The notes beneath the pieces were generated by a model that had not been told where the DNA came from, ran no database searches, and was given only the letters and a program-made list of their open reading frames with translations. Positions 10,621 to 20,569 of a stretch of DNA of 64,000 nt are shown in pieces. Every line of letters starts with the position of its first letter. The stretch's first letter is position 1. Source of the DNA: a candidate division WOR-3 bacterium (lineage in GTDB: Bacteria > Hydrothermota > Tepidihabitantia > B3-TA06); assembly GCA_965649265.1 (NCBI GenBank), contig CBFGKC010000012.1, forward strand, positions 35,861-99,860, read 5' to 3'. A program made the position numbers and the translations under genes.

Positions 10621-10726
10621 CAATATACTCCTTGGTTCATTTGAAGGAAAGGATACGCCCGGTATTGTGCATGTCAACAAGGGGATGCCGCGAGCGGCGC
10701 GCAGCCGCTCGCGGCAAAGGTACATA

Positions 10727-11458
10727 CTATTGCTTGACCGCTTTCTCAGGACTCAAGTTGATTTTGTCTACGTCCTCAAAATCTTCGTACGCCGTAAAAA
10801 CCCATTTCCCGTCGAGGGTGGAACCCTTGATTTTGTAAACGGTTATTCCTGCTCCGTCTTCGTCACCGAAGCCCACAATCGCAATGTTGTCTACTACGAA
10901 ACCGGTTCCGGGAAAACTCGAGCCGTCGTCCCACTCCCAGTAGGCCTGGAAGGTTTCGCCCGAGCGCTCCAGGGTGAGGGTGTTCTCGTATTCCTCGCCG
11001 TCAATGTATTCCCCCTTCGCGTCGTAGACGCCTGCAATGCTGCGCGTGGAAGCCTTGAGTTCATCGACCCCGCGGCTTTTTTCGTAGGAGACCTCTTCGC
11101 CTCCGGCAGGTGTCCATATTCCCGTTATCTTCGAACCTTTCATCTTATAAGCTGCGATGCCCGCGCCGTCTTCAGCGGCGTAGACTACTCCCAGAACTCC
11201 TTCCATTTCTATACCTGTGCCGTAATGGGTCTGGCCGTTGGGGAAGTTCCATTCGAGCACGTATCCTTCGCCGGCTTTCTTGATGGTCAGGGTTCCCTGG
11301 TAATCAGGACCCTCAATGTTGTATGTGCCCGCGAAATTGCGTGAACTTGTGGTGGGAAGCACGGGTTCCTTTCCTCCTCCTTTGCCCAGGCCGCAGCCGG
11401 TTACGACGAATGCCGCAATAAGCAAAGGCAGAAACGCTAGAACGAGATTTTTCTTCAT
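10727..11458 (-). CDS. lipoprotein with two tandem beta-rich domains (paralog 2)
   Basis: Lipobox VTGC, RBS GGAGG, same duplicated domain. Confidence 0.75.
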   Translation of the reverse strand: MKKNLVLAFLPLLIAAFVVTGCGLGKGGGKEPVLPTTSSRNFAGTYNIEGPDYQGTLTIKKAGEGYVLEWNFPNGQTHYGTGIEMEGVLGVVYAAEDGAGIAAYKMKGSKITGIWTPAGGEEVSYEKSRGVDELKASTRSIAGVYDAKGEYIDGEEYENTLTLERSGETFQAYWEWDDGSSFPGTGFVVDNIAIVGFGDEDGAGITVYKIKGSTLDGKWVFTAYEDFEDVDKINLSPEKAVKQ

Positions 11459-11531
11459 GGATTCCTCCGTGATTTCTTGTTAACGGCCAAGAATATCCCG
11501 CAATTCGTTCTTGTCAAGGCTCGAATCTATC

Positions 11532-12275
11532 TTATTTTCTTGTCGCCCGCTCGATTCCAAAGACGGTCACAGGCTCCCCAGTATGCTCGTCAATATAGGT
11601 GAAAGCCCACTTCCCCTCAAGGCTCGATCCCTCGAGTGAAAGAATCTTGAGAATCTTCGTCCCTCCAACGTCGAAACCGAGCACCAGGACATTGTCCACC
11701 GCTAATCCTGCACCTTGCGCGCTGTCCCCGGCCTCGAATTCGGCCACCGCCTCGTATACATCACCTTCTTTCATGAGCGTCATCGGATACTCGTACGGTT
11801 CACTGCCGTCCGGGTGCGAACCCTTGACGTACCATGAGCCCTCGAAACGACGATCGGAAGGCTTGAGTCTCGCGGCGCCCCGGGAATATTCGGCGAAGAC
11901 TTTTTCTCCGTCCACATTCATCCACAAGCCCGAGAGCTTTCCTTCAGAGACCGTGTAAATTCCGAGGATTCCGCCCTCGCCCGGGTATCCATAGCCGAGG
12001 TAATCGCCAAGATCGAGGCCGGTGTATTCGAAAGCTTCAAGACCAATCTCCCGGTAAACCCTGAAGACCGCGTATTCTTCGCTGAACGCCACCACTCTCT
12101 CCCCTTTACCGTCTTCTGAGGTGTCCGGGCTCGTAACCTTGTAAGAGCCGTGAAATATGGATTCTTTAGTCGAATCGCAGGCCTCCTCGTTTGAGCGGGG
12201 ATTGGATTCGCGGCGTGGATGCCCGCAACAGTCGAGAACGAACACCAGGAAAACGAACGACAGGAGATTTCTCAT
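11532..12275 (-). CDS. probable lipoprotein with two tandem beta-rich domains (paralog 3)
   Basis: Start MRNLLSF after GAGG, signal ending in LDCC, same duplicated domain. Confidence 0.7.
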   Translation of the reverse strand: MRNLLSFVFLVFVLDCCGHPRRESNPRSNEEACDSTKESIFHGSYKVTSPDTSEDGKGERVVAFSEEYAVFRVYREIGLEAFEYTGLDLGDYLGYGYPGEGGILGIYTVSEGKLSGLWMNVDGEKVFAEYSRGAARLKPSDRRFEGSWYVKGSHPDGSEPYEYPMTLMKEGDVYEAVAEFEAGDSAQGAGLAVDNVLVLGFDVGGTKILKILSLEGSSLEGKWAFTYIDEHTGEPVTVFGIERATRK

Positions 12276-12461
12276 TTCTTTACCTCGCGCGCTGATTGAT
12301 TCAGGAAGCATAGGAAAGAAAAAAATCTTGTCAAGCGCGCCCGTAATCATTTGCGTAGTCAAGTCACGCAACAACTAAGAACCGCCTTTTTCAAGGGAGG
12401 AGGAGGTCCATGTGCATCCCGGCAAGGTTTGACATGGATGGAATATTTGCTATGATTATGC

Positions 12462-13790
12462 ATGCTTGATCCAAAAAAATACCGCAGCAAGTTTCCATCG
12501 CTCGCTCAAGAGCGAAACGGCAAGCCGCCTATATATTTCGACAGCGCTTGCATGGCTTTGAAGCCGCAGCCGGTAATTGACGTTTTAAACGACTACTATA
12601 CGCGCTATCCGGCTTGCGGCGAACGCAGCACGCACTGGTTTGCAGTTCAGGTTGACTCCAAAATAGAGGAGGCTCGCGATTCCATACGCGAATTGATCGG
12701 AGCCTCGAGTCCCAAGGAAATAATCTTCACCAAAAACACCACTGAGGCCATTAACCTTGTTGCCCGCTCTCTCATGTGGAATCCGCAAGACGTTGTGCTG
12801 ACTACGTCAAAGGAACACAACTCCAATCTCTGCCCGTGGCAGGAGCTTGCCGCGAGAGGCATTATCGCAAAGCACCTGCCCGTGGACGTGGACGAAAGCA
12901 ACAGGTTCAGCATGGATTCCTTCAAGAAGCTCCTCGCCGAGGAACACGGCAAGGTGAAGATGGTCAGCCTGGGGCATTCATCAAACCTCGATGGAACCTG
13001 TATTCCCGACCAGACCATCAAGGACGTCGTAAAGCTGGTGAAAGCTCAGAATCCCGATGCCTTCGTTTTTCTGGACGCGGCACAGAGCGTGCCACACAAA
13101 CTCGTGAACGTTCGCGATCTGGGCGTCGATTTCATCGCCTTCTCGGTTCACAAGATGGGCGGTCCCACTGGCGTAGGAGTGCTCTACGGCCGCAAGGAGC
13201 TTCTGAACGACGAATCGGTAATCAGACCTTTCATCGTGGGCGGAGGGACGGTCGAGGACACGCATCTTTTCGGGCATCCGCAGTATTTCAAGGCTCCCCA
13301 CAAGTTCGAGGCCGGTCTTCAGGACTACGCCGGAATCATAGGCGCGGGTGCCGCAGCGCGATTTCTACTCAAGGTCGGGCCGGAGAATATCGCCGAGCAC
13401 GAGAGAGAGCTTAACACGGCGCTTACGGAAAAACTCGCCAAACGTCAGGAGATTCGAATCGTAGGACCCGCGGACCCCAAGGATCGGTCCGGCATTCTCA
13501 CCTTCTACATCCTCAAGCCCGCGACCCGCTTCTCGGATACCGAACCCGATATCGACGAGAAGCTCGACGCACGAGCCAACATCATGATACGCAAGGGCAC
13601 GTTCTGCGTTCATTCCTGGTACCATGCGCAGGAATCGATGTTCGATTCCATCTGGCCCGGGTTCAGGCCCACACTCTTCCGCGTCTCGTTTTACCTTTAC
13701 AGCACGATGGAAGAAGTGGAAGTCTTTGCCAAAACAATCGAAGAAATCCTCGAAGAAATCGCCGAACTTCCGACTTTCAAAGGTGCGTGA
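12462..13790 (+). CDS. sufS: cysteine desulfurase, SufS-like (aminotransferase class V)
   Basis: YFDSA, EHNSN, DAAQS, SVHKMGGPTGVG (PLP lysine), FEAG and RKGTFCVH catalytic-Cys loop. Leaderless promoter TTGACA-N16-TATGAT-N5-ATG. Confidence 0.85.
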   Translation: MLDPKKYRSKFPSLAQERNGKPPIYFDSACMALKPQPVIDVLNDYYTRYPACGERSTHWFAVQVDSKIEEARDSIRELIGASSPKEIIFTKNTTEAINLVARSLMWNPQDVVLTTSKEHNSNLCPWQELAARGIIAKHLPVDVDESNRFSMDSFKKLLAEEHGKVKMVSLGHSSNLDGTCIPDQTIKDVVKLVKAQNPDAFVFLDAAQSVPHKLVNVRDLGVDFIAFSVHKMGGPTGVGVLYGRKELLNDESVIRPFIVGGGTVEDTHLFGHPQYFKAPHKFEAGLQDYAGIIGAGAAARFLLKVGPENIAEHERELNTALTEKLAKRQEIRIVGPADPKDRSGILTFYILKPATRFSDTEPDIDEKLDARANIMIRKGTFCVHSWYHAQESMFDSIWPGFRPTLFRVSFYLYSTMEEVEVFAKTIEEILEEIAELPTFKGA

Positions 13791-14188
13791 GGATGGTAGA
13801 AGAACCCTTGATTGTAAGCTATTTCAAGCATATTTTTTCAGATCCTGCGGCCAGCCGCATGGGGAAGATAGACAACGCCGAACTTCAGATAAACGGTGAG
13901 CTTTGCCCGCGCCGCGGTAAAAAGGATCAGCTGTTTCTCCACGGCAGAATCATCGAAGGCAGGCTGAAGGATCTGAAGTTCATGTGCGCGCTCTGCGACC
14001 CGCCGATGTTCGTCGCCGCCGACATTCTCTGCAGGCTGGCGCTGGAAAAGACGAGGGAAGAAATTTCTCTGCTTGACGAGAAAAAATTCGAGGAGTGTCT
14101 CGGCGGTTCGAGCCTAGAGGGCTTCGAGCATTTCAAAAGAGCCAGGGAACTGCTGGTGCTTGGACTCTTAGAGACAGAAGGAAAATGA
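13787..14188 (+). CDS. SufU/IscU-like protein, divergent
   Basis: Overlaps the desulfurase stop; N-terminus resembles NifU_N (HIFSDP...MGKI..AE); Cys in GELC and KFMCALC. Confidence 0.6.
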   Translation: MRMVEEPLIVSYFKHIFSDPAASRMGKIDNAELQINGELCPRRGKKDQLFLHGRIIEGRLKDLKFMCALCDPPMFVAADILCRLALEKTREEISLLDEKKFEECLGGSSLEGFEHFKRARELLVLGLLETEGK

Positions 14189-14688
14189 AGCGCGATAACC
14201 CTTTCCTTTTCCATGTCAATCACCTGGAGCAGGGCGAAAACCGCTTTGAGGTCGAGACCGATGCCTCGGTAATAGGCTTCGACAACCATCCGCTTACTAA
14301 ACCGCTCGACTGCCTGATTGTGCTTGACAGAACCGGCAACAGGATCAACCTTCACCTGGAGGTCAGAACTTCTGTGGAGCTCGAGTGCGCCCAGTGCGGT
14401 GATGTCACCTGCAAGAAAATCCACTCGTCGGCGGATTTCACTTTCCTGCCCGCCGCGGAACAAGACGAGACAAGGGACGACAGCTTTGCCTCTGACCTTG
14501 AATTCTACACGGATACGATAGACCTCAAGAACATTGTCAAGGATACGTTGCTGCTTTCACTGCCGATAGCGCCTTTGTGCCGCGAGGACTGCCGCGGGCT
14601 CTGCCCTAAATGCGGAGCAAACCTTAACTCGGGCGAATGCGCTTGCGGCACGGACGAAAAGCCCAGCTCCGAAAACCAAGGGAGATAA
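14185..14688 (+). CDS. yceD: DUF177/YceD family protein
   Basis: CAQC, IDL..IV.D.LLLSLP..PLC..DCRGLCPKCG.NLN...C.C motifs. Confidence 0.85.
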   Translation: MKRDNPFLFHVNHLEQGENRFEVETDASVIGFDNHPLTKPLDCLIVLDRTGNRINLHLEVRTSVELECAQCGDVTCKKIHSSADFTFLPAAEQDETRDDSFASDLEFYTDTIDLKNIVKDTLLLSLPIAPLCREDCRGLCPKCGANLNSGECACGTDEKPSSENQGR

Positions 14689-14692
14689 GAAG

Positions 14693-15274
14693 ATGGATGA
14701 AAGAAAGATGTCCTTCGGCGCCCGACGCGCGCTCGCGATAATCGGTTCGACAAACTCCCTCCTGCTCAGGGAGCGAAGTGCCAAGGAAGCCGATTCCAAG
14801 GCGCTGAGGGAACAGGACAGGAAGGTTCTGGACGCGGTCGACGGCAAACGCAATGCCCGTGAAGTAGTCTCTGCGGCCGGGCTTGAGTTCGAGAACGGCC
14901 TTAATTCTTTAGCCTGGCTTATCCGCACCGGTTTCATCTACTCGGCCGAAACGGTGCGGCTCGAGGTGGATCGGCAGGCGGACCGTCTTGGATTGTTCGT
15001 CGAGCTTTTCTCGGACTCCGGACACGGGGCCGAATTCTGGCAGAAAGTGATTGTCGATGTCGTCAAGGGGAATCTGATGCTCCAGAAGATCGTGCCCTCG
15101 ATCCAGTGGGACGGGCTTTCACCTAGGATTTCCGATCCCCCCCCCTCCCCCGGCGAGATCAGGGAATATTTCCTTGAACTTTTCGTTTCCCTCTACGACA
15201 GGGCGGAGGAAGTTTTCGGTTCCGAGTCCGTTATCGCCAAGCGTATCCTGCTCGACGTGAAACCCCTGGTTTGA
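14693..15274 (+). CDS. hypothetical protein with a winged-helix-like segment
   Basis: VL..VDGKRN..EV....GL.......L..L...G.I pattern; in operon. Confidence 0.55.
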   Translation: MDERKMSFGARRALAIIGSTNSLLLRERSAKEADSKALREQDRKVLDAVDGKRNAREVVSAAGLEFENGLNSLAWLIRTGFIYSAETVRLEVDRQADRLGLFVELFSDSGHGAEFWQKVIVDVVKGNLMLQKIVPSIQWDGLSPRISDPPPSPGEIREYFLELFVSLYDRAEEVFGSESVIAKRILLDVKPLV

Positions 15275-15320
15275 TAAAGGGAAAAAGGGAAACAAACAGT
15301 TTTTCAACGCGCATAGAGAA

Positions 15321-15351
15321 ATGAGGAACCTTGCGGTTCCTCATCTTTTTT
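15321..15351 (+). terminator. intrinsic terminator
   Basis: ATGAGGAACC-TTGC-GGTTCCTCAT-CTTTTTT between convergent operons. Confidence 0.7.
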
Positions 15352-15384
15352 AAAATCCGGAAATGTGTTTTATTAAGACGCAGC

Positions 15385-15840
15385 CTACTCGGATTCTTTC
15401 AGTATATCCACCACCTCCGCAGCACTCGACGCATTGGACAGCTTCGCTCGTGTCTCTTCCCTGCGCAGTATCTTTGAAAGTCTCGCCAGTGCCATTATAT
15501 ACTGCGACTTCTGGGTTTCTGGTGCGGCGATAAGGAATATAAGATGGGAGGGCTTTCCGTCAAGCGAGTTAAAGTCGACTCCCTGGGCGGACCTGCCGAA
15601 CGAAAGTATCAGGTTTCGGGCGGCCAGGGTGCGTGCGTGAGGGATTGCGACTCCCAGTCCTATGCCGGTGCTTTCAAGGTTTTCACGCTTGAGAATATCC
15701 GCCAGGAAGCTTTCCTCGTCTTCGACGAGCCCCTGGTCAACGAGCTTCGTGACCAGTTCCTTTATTACGGATACCTTTTCGCGTGACTTTAAATCGAGCA
15801 CTATACCTTCCTCGTGTATCACCTCGGAGATTCGGATCAT
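15385..15840 (-). CDS. PTS IIA component (Ntr/fructose type)
   Basis: RE..ESTGIG.GVAIPHAR and DF.SLDG.P motifs. Confidence 0.9.
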   Translation of the reverse strand: MIRISEVIHEEGIVLDLKSREKVSVIKELVTKLVDQGLVEDEESFLADILKRENLESTGIGLGVAIPHARTLAARNLILSFGRSAQGVDFNSLDGKPSHLIFLIAAPETQKSQYIMALARLSKILRREETRAKLSNASSAAEVVDILKESE

Positions 15841-16241
15841 CGTCCCTCCTGGTTAAGCAAAAGCAGGGGAACACCGCCGAGCAATCCTAAAAGGCGCCCG
15901 GCATTGATTTCCTTGTATAAAAAAGTTGCGCAAATGTCGGCCTCGTAGCTTTTTGCAACGGAGGCCATTCTTTCTTCCGCCTCTCCTTCCTCAAGCATCA
16001 GGGATATTTTGATCTCCCGTTCGAATGCTATATCCTCAATTCCGTAAAGGAAATTCCATGTTCGGTCCTCCAATTCGTCCCGGAGTTCTTTTTCTTCTTT
16101 TGACATGTTCTGGTCCTCCGGCGCAATGACTGCAAGGGCTATTAACCTTGCTCGAAGCGCAGAAGCTAAATCCATTACTCCTTCCAACTCTTCCAGTCGC
16201 GTTCTGGCCGAGTCCAGATAGATGAGCATGCGTTTATACAA
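15837..16241 (-). CDS. universal stress protein-like
   Basis: MYKRMLIYLD...G.....I...A....AD...PLLLL USP pattern; TTG start after GGAGG. Confidence 0.6.
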   Translation of the reverse strand: MYKRMLIYLDSARTRLEELEGVMDLASALRARLIALAVIAPEDQNMSKEEKELRDELEDRTWNFLYGIEDIAFEREIKISLMLEEGEAEERMASVAKSYEADICATFLYKEINAGRLLGLLGGVPLLLLNQEGR

Positions 16242-16253
16242 TTTACTTGCCTC

Positions 16254-17588
16254 CTACTTTCCTATGCAAAATCTGGAAAACATCTCATCGAGTAGTTTTT
16301 CCGATATGTCTGATTTTTCGCTGCCGGACATGAGAGAAAGCGCCGCGCGCAAAAGACTCGCCTTCATGTCGAGATACTGAGCGTCGAGTGCGTTGCTCAG
16401 CAGTTCGTTAAGCCCTGCGAGCTGCTCCTCCTGGTAGTGACTCGCGAAGAATATCTCTCCGCGAGTCGAAGTTTCCTCCCTGATGCGCAGAGAGAGGGCT
16501 TCGAGGTTTTCCTTCTTGAGCGCGGACAGAGAGATAGGCGCTCCCGCGACGTCCGGCAGGGCCGGTATTTTTTCAGCCGAGTCGATCTTGTTCCAGACTA
16601 TTACGCCGGGCTTCTGGCGCAAAAGCTTGAGTAACTCTTCATCCGCCGGAACGAGTCCTGAGACCGCGTCGAGCACGACGACGACGAAATCGGCCTCGTT
16701 AGCCGCGGCGATGGCGCGCCTGGCGGCCATCTGGTCGGGAAGAGACTCGGCCATACCGATGCCTGCCGCATCATAGAGCCTCGCCTGGCCTGCGGCGAAG
16801 CGCAGGGTCCCGGAGACTATATCGCGAGTGGTTCCGGGAACCGACGTGACGATCGAGCGATCCTCGCCCAGAAGGGCGTTGAAAAGGGTTGATTTCCCGA
16901 CGTTTGGCCTGCCGAGAAGCATCACCTTAAGACCCTTGCCCTGGCTTCTTCCTCTCCTGAACGAAATCCTCAGGCGCTCGACGTCCGCCCGCAGTTCCGA
17001 CAACACGGGCGAAGTGGATTCCTGGGGAACATCCTCCTCCGGGAATTCGAGCTGAGCCTCAACGGAAGTCACGACCCTCTGCAGCCTGGATGTTACGCTT
17101 TCGATCTCCTTCGTGAGGTTTCCCGCGAGCTGTTGCATTGCCGCGTTGATACCCTCGGGAGTCCTCGCCTGAATCGCCGCAAGTACGGCCTCGGCCTGGT
17201 TTACGTCTATCCTGCCGTAAAGGTAAGCCCGTTCCGTGAATTCGCCTGGTCTTGCGACGCGGGCACCATGGCTCACGAGGAGATCGGTAACTTGTTCCAC
17301 GATAAGCGGATTTCCATGCAGCGAAAACTCGACCGTATCCTCGGTCGTGTAGCTGTGCGGCGACCGGTAGACTCCTGCGACGACCTCATCTAACACTTTG
17401 CCGTTGCTGACTATGAAGCCGTTGAGGAGCTTGTGACCTTCGGTATCCGAAAGCCTCTTGCGACCCTTGAATATCTGATCGCACATCCGCAGCGTTTGTG
17501 ATCCGGATACGCGAATCACCGCCAGCGCCGCATGCCCCGGAGGCGTACCCGGAGCCACGATCACATCACGCAGACGATCAAGTATCAT
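16254..17588 (-). CDS. mnmE: tRNA modification GTPase MnmE
   Basis: PHSYTTED, PGEFTERA, GRPNVGKS, GTTRD, NKID and C-terminal FSRFCIGK. Confidence 0.95.
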   Translation of the reverse strand: MILDRLRDVIVAPGTPPGHAALAVIRVSGSQTLRMCDQIFKGRKRLSDTEGHKLLNGFIVSNGKVLDEVVAGVYRSPHSYTTEDTVEFSLHGNPLIVEQVTDLLVSHGARVARPGEFTERAYLYGRIDVNQAEAVLAAIQARTPEGINAAMQQLAGNLTKEIESVTSRLQRVVTSVEAQLEFPEEDVPQESTSPVLSELRADVERLRISFRRGRSQGKGLKVMLLGRPNVGKSTLFNALLGEDRSIVTSVPGTTRDIVSGTLRFAAGQARLYDAAGIGMAESLPDQMAARRAIAAANEADFVVVVLDAVSGLVPADEELLKLLRQKPGVIVWNKIDSAEKIPALPDVAGAPISLSALKKENLEALSLRIREETSTRGEIFFASHYQEEQLAGLNELLSNALDAQYLDMKASLLRAALSLMSGSEKSDISEKLLDEMFSRFCIGK

Positions 17589-18070
17589 TCCTTAGGCGCA
17601 ACTATTACGTTCTTGCGGTATCCCGAGCCTACCGTGTGTACCCTTACGTATCCGAGTCCCGCAAGGGCCTCTTTGACTATCACGAGTTCCTTTTCTGTCA
17701 AGGGATCAAGGGACATCTCGCGACCGGTCTCATGGACAATTTTTGCGACTGCCTGGGCTTTCCTTTGGAGGAAATCCTCCCTGCGTTTCTTGTAACCGCC
17801 CACGTCGACAATTATACTGGGTATGTTTTGATCATGATGACGATGCTGTAATATCGAATGAACGATCATTTGAAGGGCGCGCAGGGTTTCTCCCGAATGC
17901 CCTATGAGCAGGCCGTCGGAGCGCTTGGAGCGGACGTTGGCGTAGTACTCACCGCTCCTGCGCCTGGCGTATTCAATCCTTGCCCTGAATCCTGCAAGTC
18001 TTACTACTTGCCCAAGGACTTCGGAGAGCTCTTCACCGAAGGAATCTCTTCCGGTTTCTTGCTCTGCCAT
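17585..18070 (-). CDS. jag: Jag/KhpB (EloR) RNA-binding protein, short form (KH + R3H-like)
   Basis: LLIGHSGETLRALQ KH motif, VDVGGYK; located between yidC and mnmE. Confidence 0.8.
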   Translation of the reverse strand: MAEQETGRDSFGEELSEVLGQVVRLAGFRARIEYARRRSGEYYANVRSKRSDGLLIGHSGETLRALQMIVHSILQHRHHDQNIPSIIVDVGGYKKRREDFLQRKAQAVAKIVHETGREMSLDPLTEKELVIVKEALAGLGYVRVHTVGSGYRKNVIVAPKE

Positions 18071-19749
18071 TGTATTTCTCCAGACACCTTTCTCCTCCTG
18101 AATATCCAGTATTCGAGGAGGGAAAGGAGGTTAAAAACCAACCAGTACAGCTGCAGGCCGGACGGGAAGTTAAGGAATACGAATGCGATGAGAAGCGGGA
18201 AGATAATAGCGGTCGCGCGCTGGCGTGGGTCGGCATTGGTCAAAAGACTCTGGAAGATAGACGCCACCGTCATGAGAGCGGGCAGAATGAAGAAGGGGTC
18301 ACGCTGGGAAAGATCCGAAAGCCAGACCAGGTTTCCCGCGGGTATGTGAATGAAGAGGAAATCGAAAGACTTCGCGATGTGAAACGTGAACAATTTCACG
18401 AAAGGCGCCCCGCGAAGCGAAACGGCGTTCCGAAGAACCGCATACAATCCGAAGAAAAAAGGCATCTGTATCAGAAGCGGCAGGCAGCCCGCGAGCGGAG
18501 ACGCCTTGTGGTCGCGGTAAAGCCTCATCGTCTCCTCGTTCAAACGCTGGGGTTCATCCTTGAAGCGCTTCTGCAGCTCGGCGAGTTTTGGTTGAAGCAT
18601 CTGCATCTTTTGCATCGAACGCTGCTGGGACTGCGAGAGAGGAAGGAAGATGAGCTTTATGATGAGGGCAAACAATATTATCGCAACGCCGTAGTTGCCT
18701 AGTATCCTGTGCAAGAACTGGAACATGTACAGCATGCCGACGCTCAGCCATCTGTACGTTATGCCGCCCAACTCCACGATCCGGCCCAGCCTGTGATTCA
18801 TCCCTGCAAGAAGGTTGTAATCCAGCGGGCCGAAATACATCTTGAAATTTTCGCCCTTGGTCACGTCGAAGCCGAGACCTATGCGTTGATCAGACCTGAC
18901 CTCCGGTGAAATCTTCGCATCCACCGGGTTTGAGGGAAGGATAATCGACGTGAAATACTTTCCACGCAGAGCTATCCACTCGTATGGACCCTCTTTGACG
19001 CTCTTCTTTCCCTCCGCGATCTTCCTTGCCGTGCCGGCATTGAACCATTCGGGTTCCTTGCCCGCCGGTCTGTAATAAACCTGGTAGAGTGAGGGTTCAC
19101 TGTTATCCTGGTAATCGCATCTTTTGATGCCGTCCTGGCAGGAGAACCTCAAGGGTATGAGCGAGTCGCCGCCCACAAAGGAAATCTCGTAACCCGCAAG
19201 AGAAACATCGAGCCTCCTCGCATTGCCGAGGCTGTCCTTCCAGATGAGCGACAGGGTCGAGTCGCTCGTGCGAGTCTTCTCGAGCGTACCCGCGAATACG
19301 GAACCGGAAGGCGTTATCTCGTACCCGGCGTGGGTCGCCGTCTTGAACCTCACTCCTCCGCGAATTTTCGAGCCGATATTGTCGTCCCAGGTCCCGAGGT
19401 AGGTGCCCAGAGAGTCGTAGAATCTCGTTGCCTCAAGAAGTCTCACCGGAACCGTTTCAGTGGTTTTGGCGGATTTAGTCATGGTGAAGCCCTTTATCTC
19501 GACCTGGTCTATTCTCAGATTGTAGGCAAGGTCCCAGCCCAGAATCCTGACCTTCATCTTGCTGTTCTCGAGCGTCACCGGTTCGACGACGGAGTTGCTT
19601 TCGGTAAGGTTCGCCTGGACAACGGCCGTATCGGCGGCGGGCGTCATGCCCTGGCATCCGCCCTTGCCTCCGACAAGGTTCATCACTATTAAGAGTCCTG
19701 CGACGATGACGATGATGAGAATGGTGGAAAGTAAATTTTCGTTTTTCAT
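18004..19749 (-). CDS. yidC: membrane protein insertase YidC
   Basis: NYGVAII, LQP....LQ..F, P.AGCLPLLIQMPFF, WL.DLS..DP and PSGL.LYW motifs. Confidence 0.95.
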   Translation of the reverse strand: MKNENLLSTILIIVIVAGLLIVMNLVGGKGGCQGMTPAADTAVVQANLTESNSVVEPVTLENSKMKVRILGWDLAYNLRIDQVEIKGFTMTKSAKTTETVPVRLLEATRFYDSLGTYLGTWDDNIGSKIRGGVRFKTATHAGYEITPSGSVFAGTLEKTRTSDSTLSLIWKDSLGNARRLDVSLAGYEISFVGGDSLIPLRFSCQDGIKRCDYQDNSEPSLYQVYYRPAGKEPEWFNAGTARKIAEGKKSVKEGPYEWIALRGKYFTSIILPSNPVDAKISPEVRSDQRIGLGFDVTKGENFKMYFGPLDYNLLAGMNHRLGRIVELGGITYRWLSVGMLYMFQFLHRILGNYGVAIILFALIIKLIFLPLSQSQQRSMQKMQMLQPKLAELQKRFKDEPQRLNEETMRLYRDHKASPLAGCLPLLIQMPFFFGLYAVLRNAVSLRGAPFVKLFTFHIAKSFDFLFIHIPAGNLVWLSDLSQRDPFFILPALMTVASIFQSLLTNADPRQRATAIIFPLLIAFVFLNFPSGLQLYWLVFNLLSLLEYWIFRRRKVSGEIQWQSKKPEEIPSVKSSPKSLGK

Positions 19750-19750
19750 G

Positions 19751-20086
19751 CTACCTCACTGGATCGTATCCGCCAGGGGTCCAGGGGTTGCAGCGCAAAA
19801 TCCGCCATAGAGCCATGGCCGTACCTTTGAAAATTCCGTGACGTTCAATTGCTTCTATCGCATACTGCGAACACGTTGGTTCGAACCTGCACACGCGAGG
19901 CGCGCCCGCGAAAACTATCTGGTAGAACTTGATAGGCCAGGTGAAAACCATACGCACGATGCTCACCCATGGAGAGGTTGGATTGCCGTGACAATGCGGA
20001 CATGAAGTGACCGTGCCGGCGGAGTTACCTTTTTCATGGGTTACGGTGTCATTGTGCGCGACAGGAAGGGAGGAGGGCTTATTCAT
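19751..20086 (-). CDS. yidD: membrane protein insertion efficiency factor YidD
   Basis: [13 protein letters not shown]...HG...[14 protein letters not shown]. Confidence 0.9.
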   Translation of the reverse strand: MNKPSSLPVAHNDTVTHEKGNSAGTVTSCPHCHGNPTSPWVSIVRMVFTWPIKFYQIVFAGAPRVCRFEPTCSQYAIEAIERHGIFKGTAMALWRILRCNPWTPGGYDPVR

Positions 20087-20420
20087 TTTCTCCCCGGAGT
20101 CTGGCCGCAACGTATGCGAAATCTCCTTTAAGCTCCTCCCAGCAGGCCTCTTTTTTCAGCCGGAATATCATTCTTCCTTTTGGAAATTCCTCGCGCGATT
20201 TTCTGTAAATCTCCCTCATGCGTCTCTTCGCTTTGTTGCGCTGGACCGAAGACCCCAGCCTTCCCGGCACAAAAAAAGCTGCCTTAGCATCGTCCCCCGG
20301 TGCCAGATGTACGCTGAGGTATCTCGTATAAAACGGCTTTACCCCCAGCATCTCTTTGATCTCCCCGGCTCCCCTCAGAATGTTACGGCGCTTAAGACTC
20401 TCCTTGTGCACCAGATTCAA
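20079..20420 (-). CDS. rnpA: ribonuclease P protein component
   Basis: [20 protein letters not shown] motif; synteny. Confidence 0.85.
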   Translation of the reverse strand: MNLVHKESLKRRNILRGAGEIKEMLGVKPFYTRYLSVHLAPGDDAKAAFFVPGRLGSSVQRNKAKRRMREIYRKSREEFPKGRMIFRLKKEACWEELKGDFAYVAARLRGENE

Positions 20421-20431
20421 TAAAAATCTCC

Positions 20432-20569
20432 CTAGACCGTCAAGCGCTTGCGGCCCTTTGCGCGGCGGCGTTTGAGTATCTCGCGACCGTCGGCCGTTTC
20501 CATGCGTTTGCGGAAGCCGTGGGTGCGCTTGCGCTTAAGGTTACTTGGTTGAAAAGTCCTTTTTGGCAT
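20432..20569 (-). CDS. rpmH: 50S ribosomal protein L34
   Basis: Too short for the ORF track. Manual translation [45 protein letters not shown]; RBS AGGAG. Confidence 0.97.
   Translation of the reverse strand: MPKRTFQPSNLKRKRTHGFRKRMETADGREILKRRRAKGRKRLTV

Noticed and set aside
10478-11344. Long antisense ORFs (also 2910-3701, 41135-41722, 48076-48852 and others)
   Set aside because: Shadow frames opposite well-supported genes or running through repeats.
18004-18070. 67-nt yidC/jag overlap as programmed recoding
   Set aside because: Both genes are complete with their own start and stop; a short C-terminal extension of YidC explains it.
19960-20086. CPHCH in the YidD N-terminal extension as a c-type heme site
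   Set aside because: The protein is cytoplasmic with no export signal, and the motif lies in a non-conserved-looking extension; likely chance.
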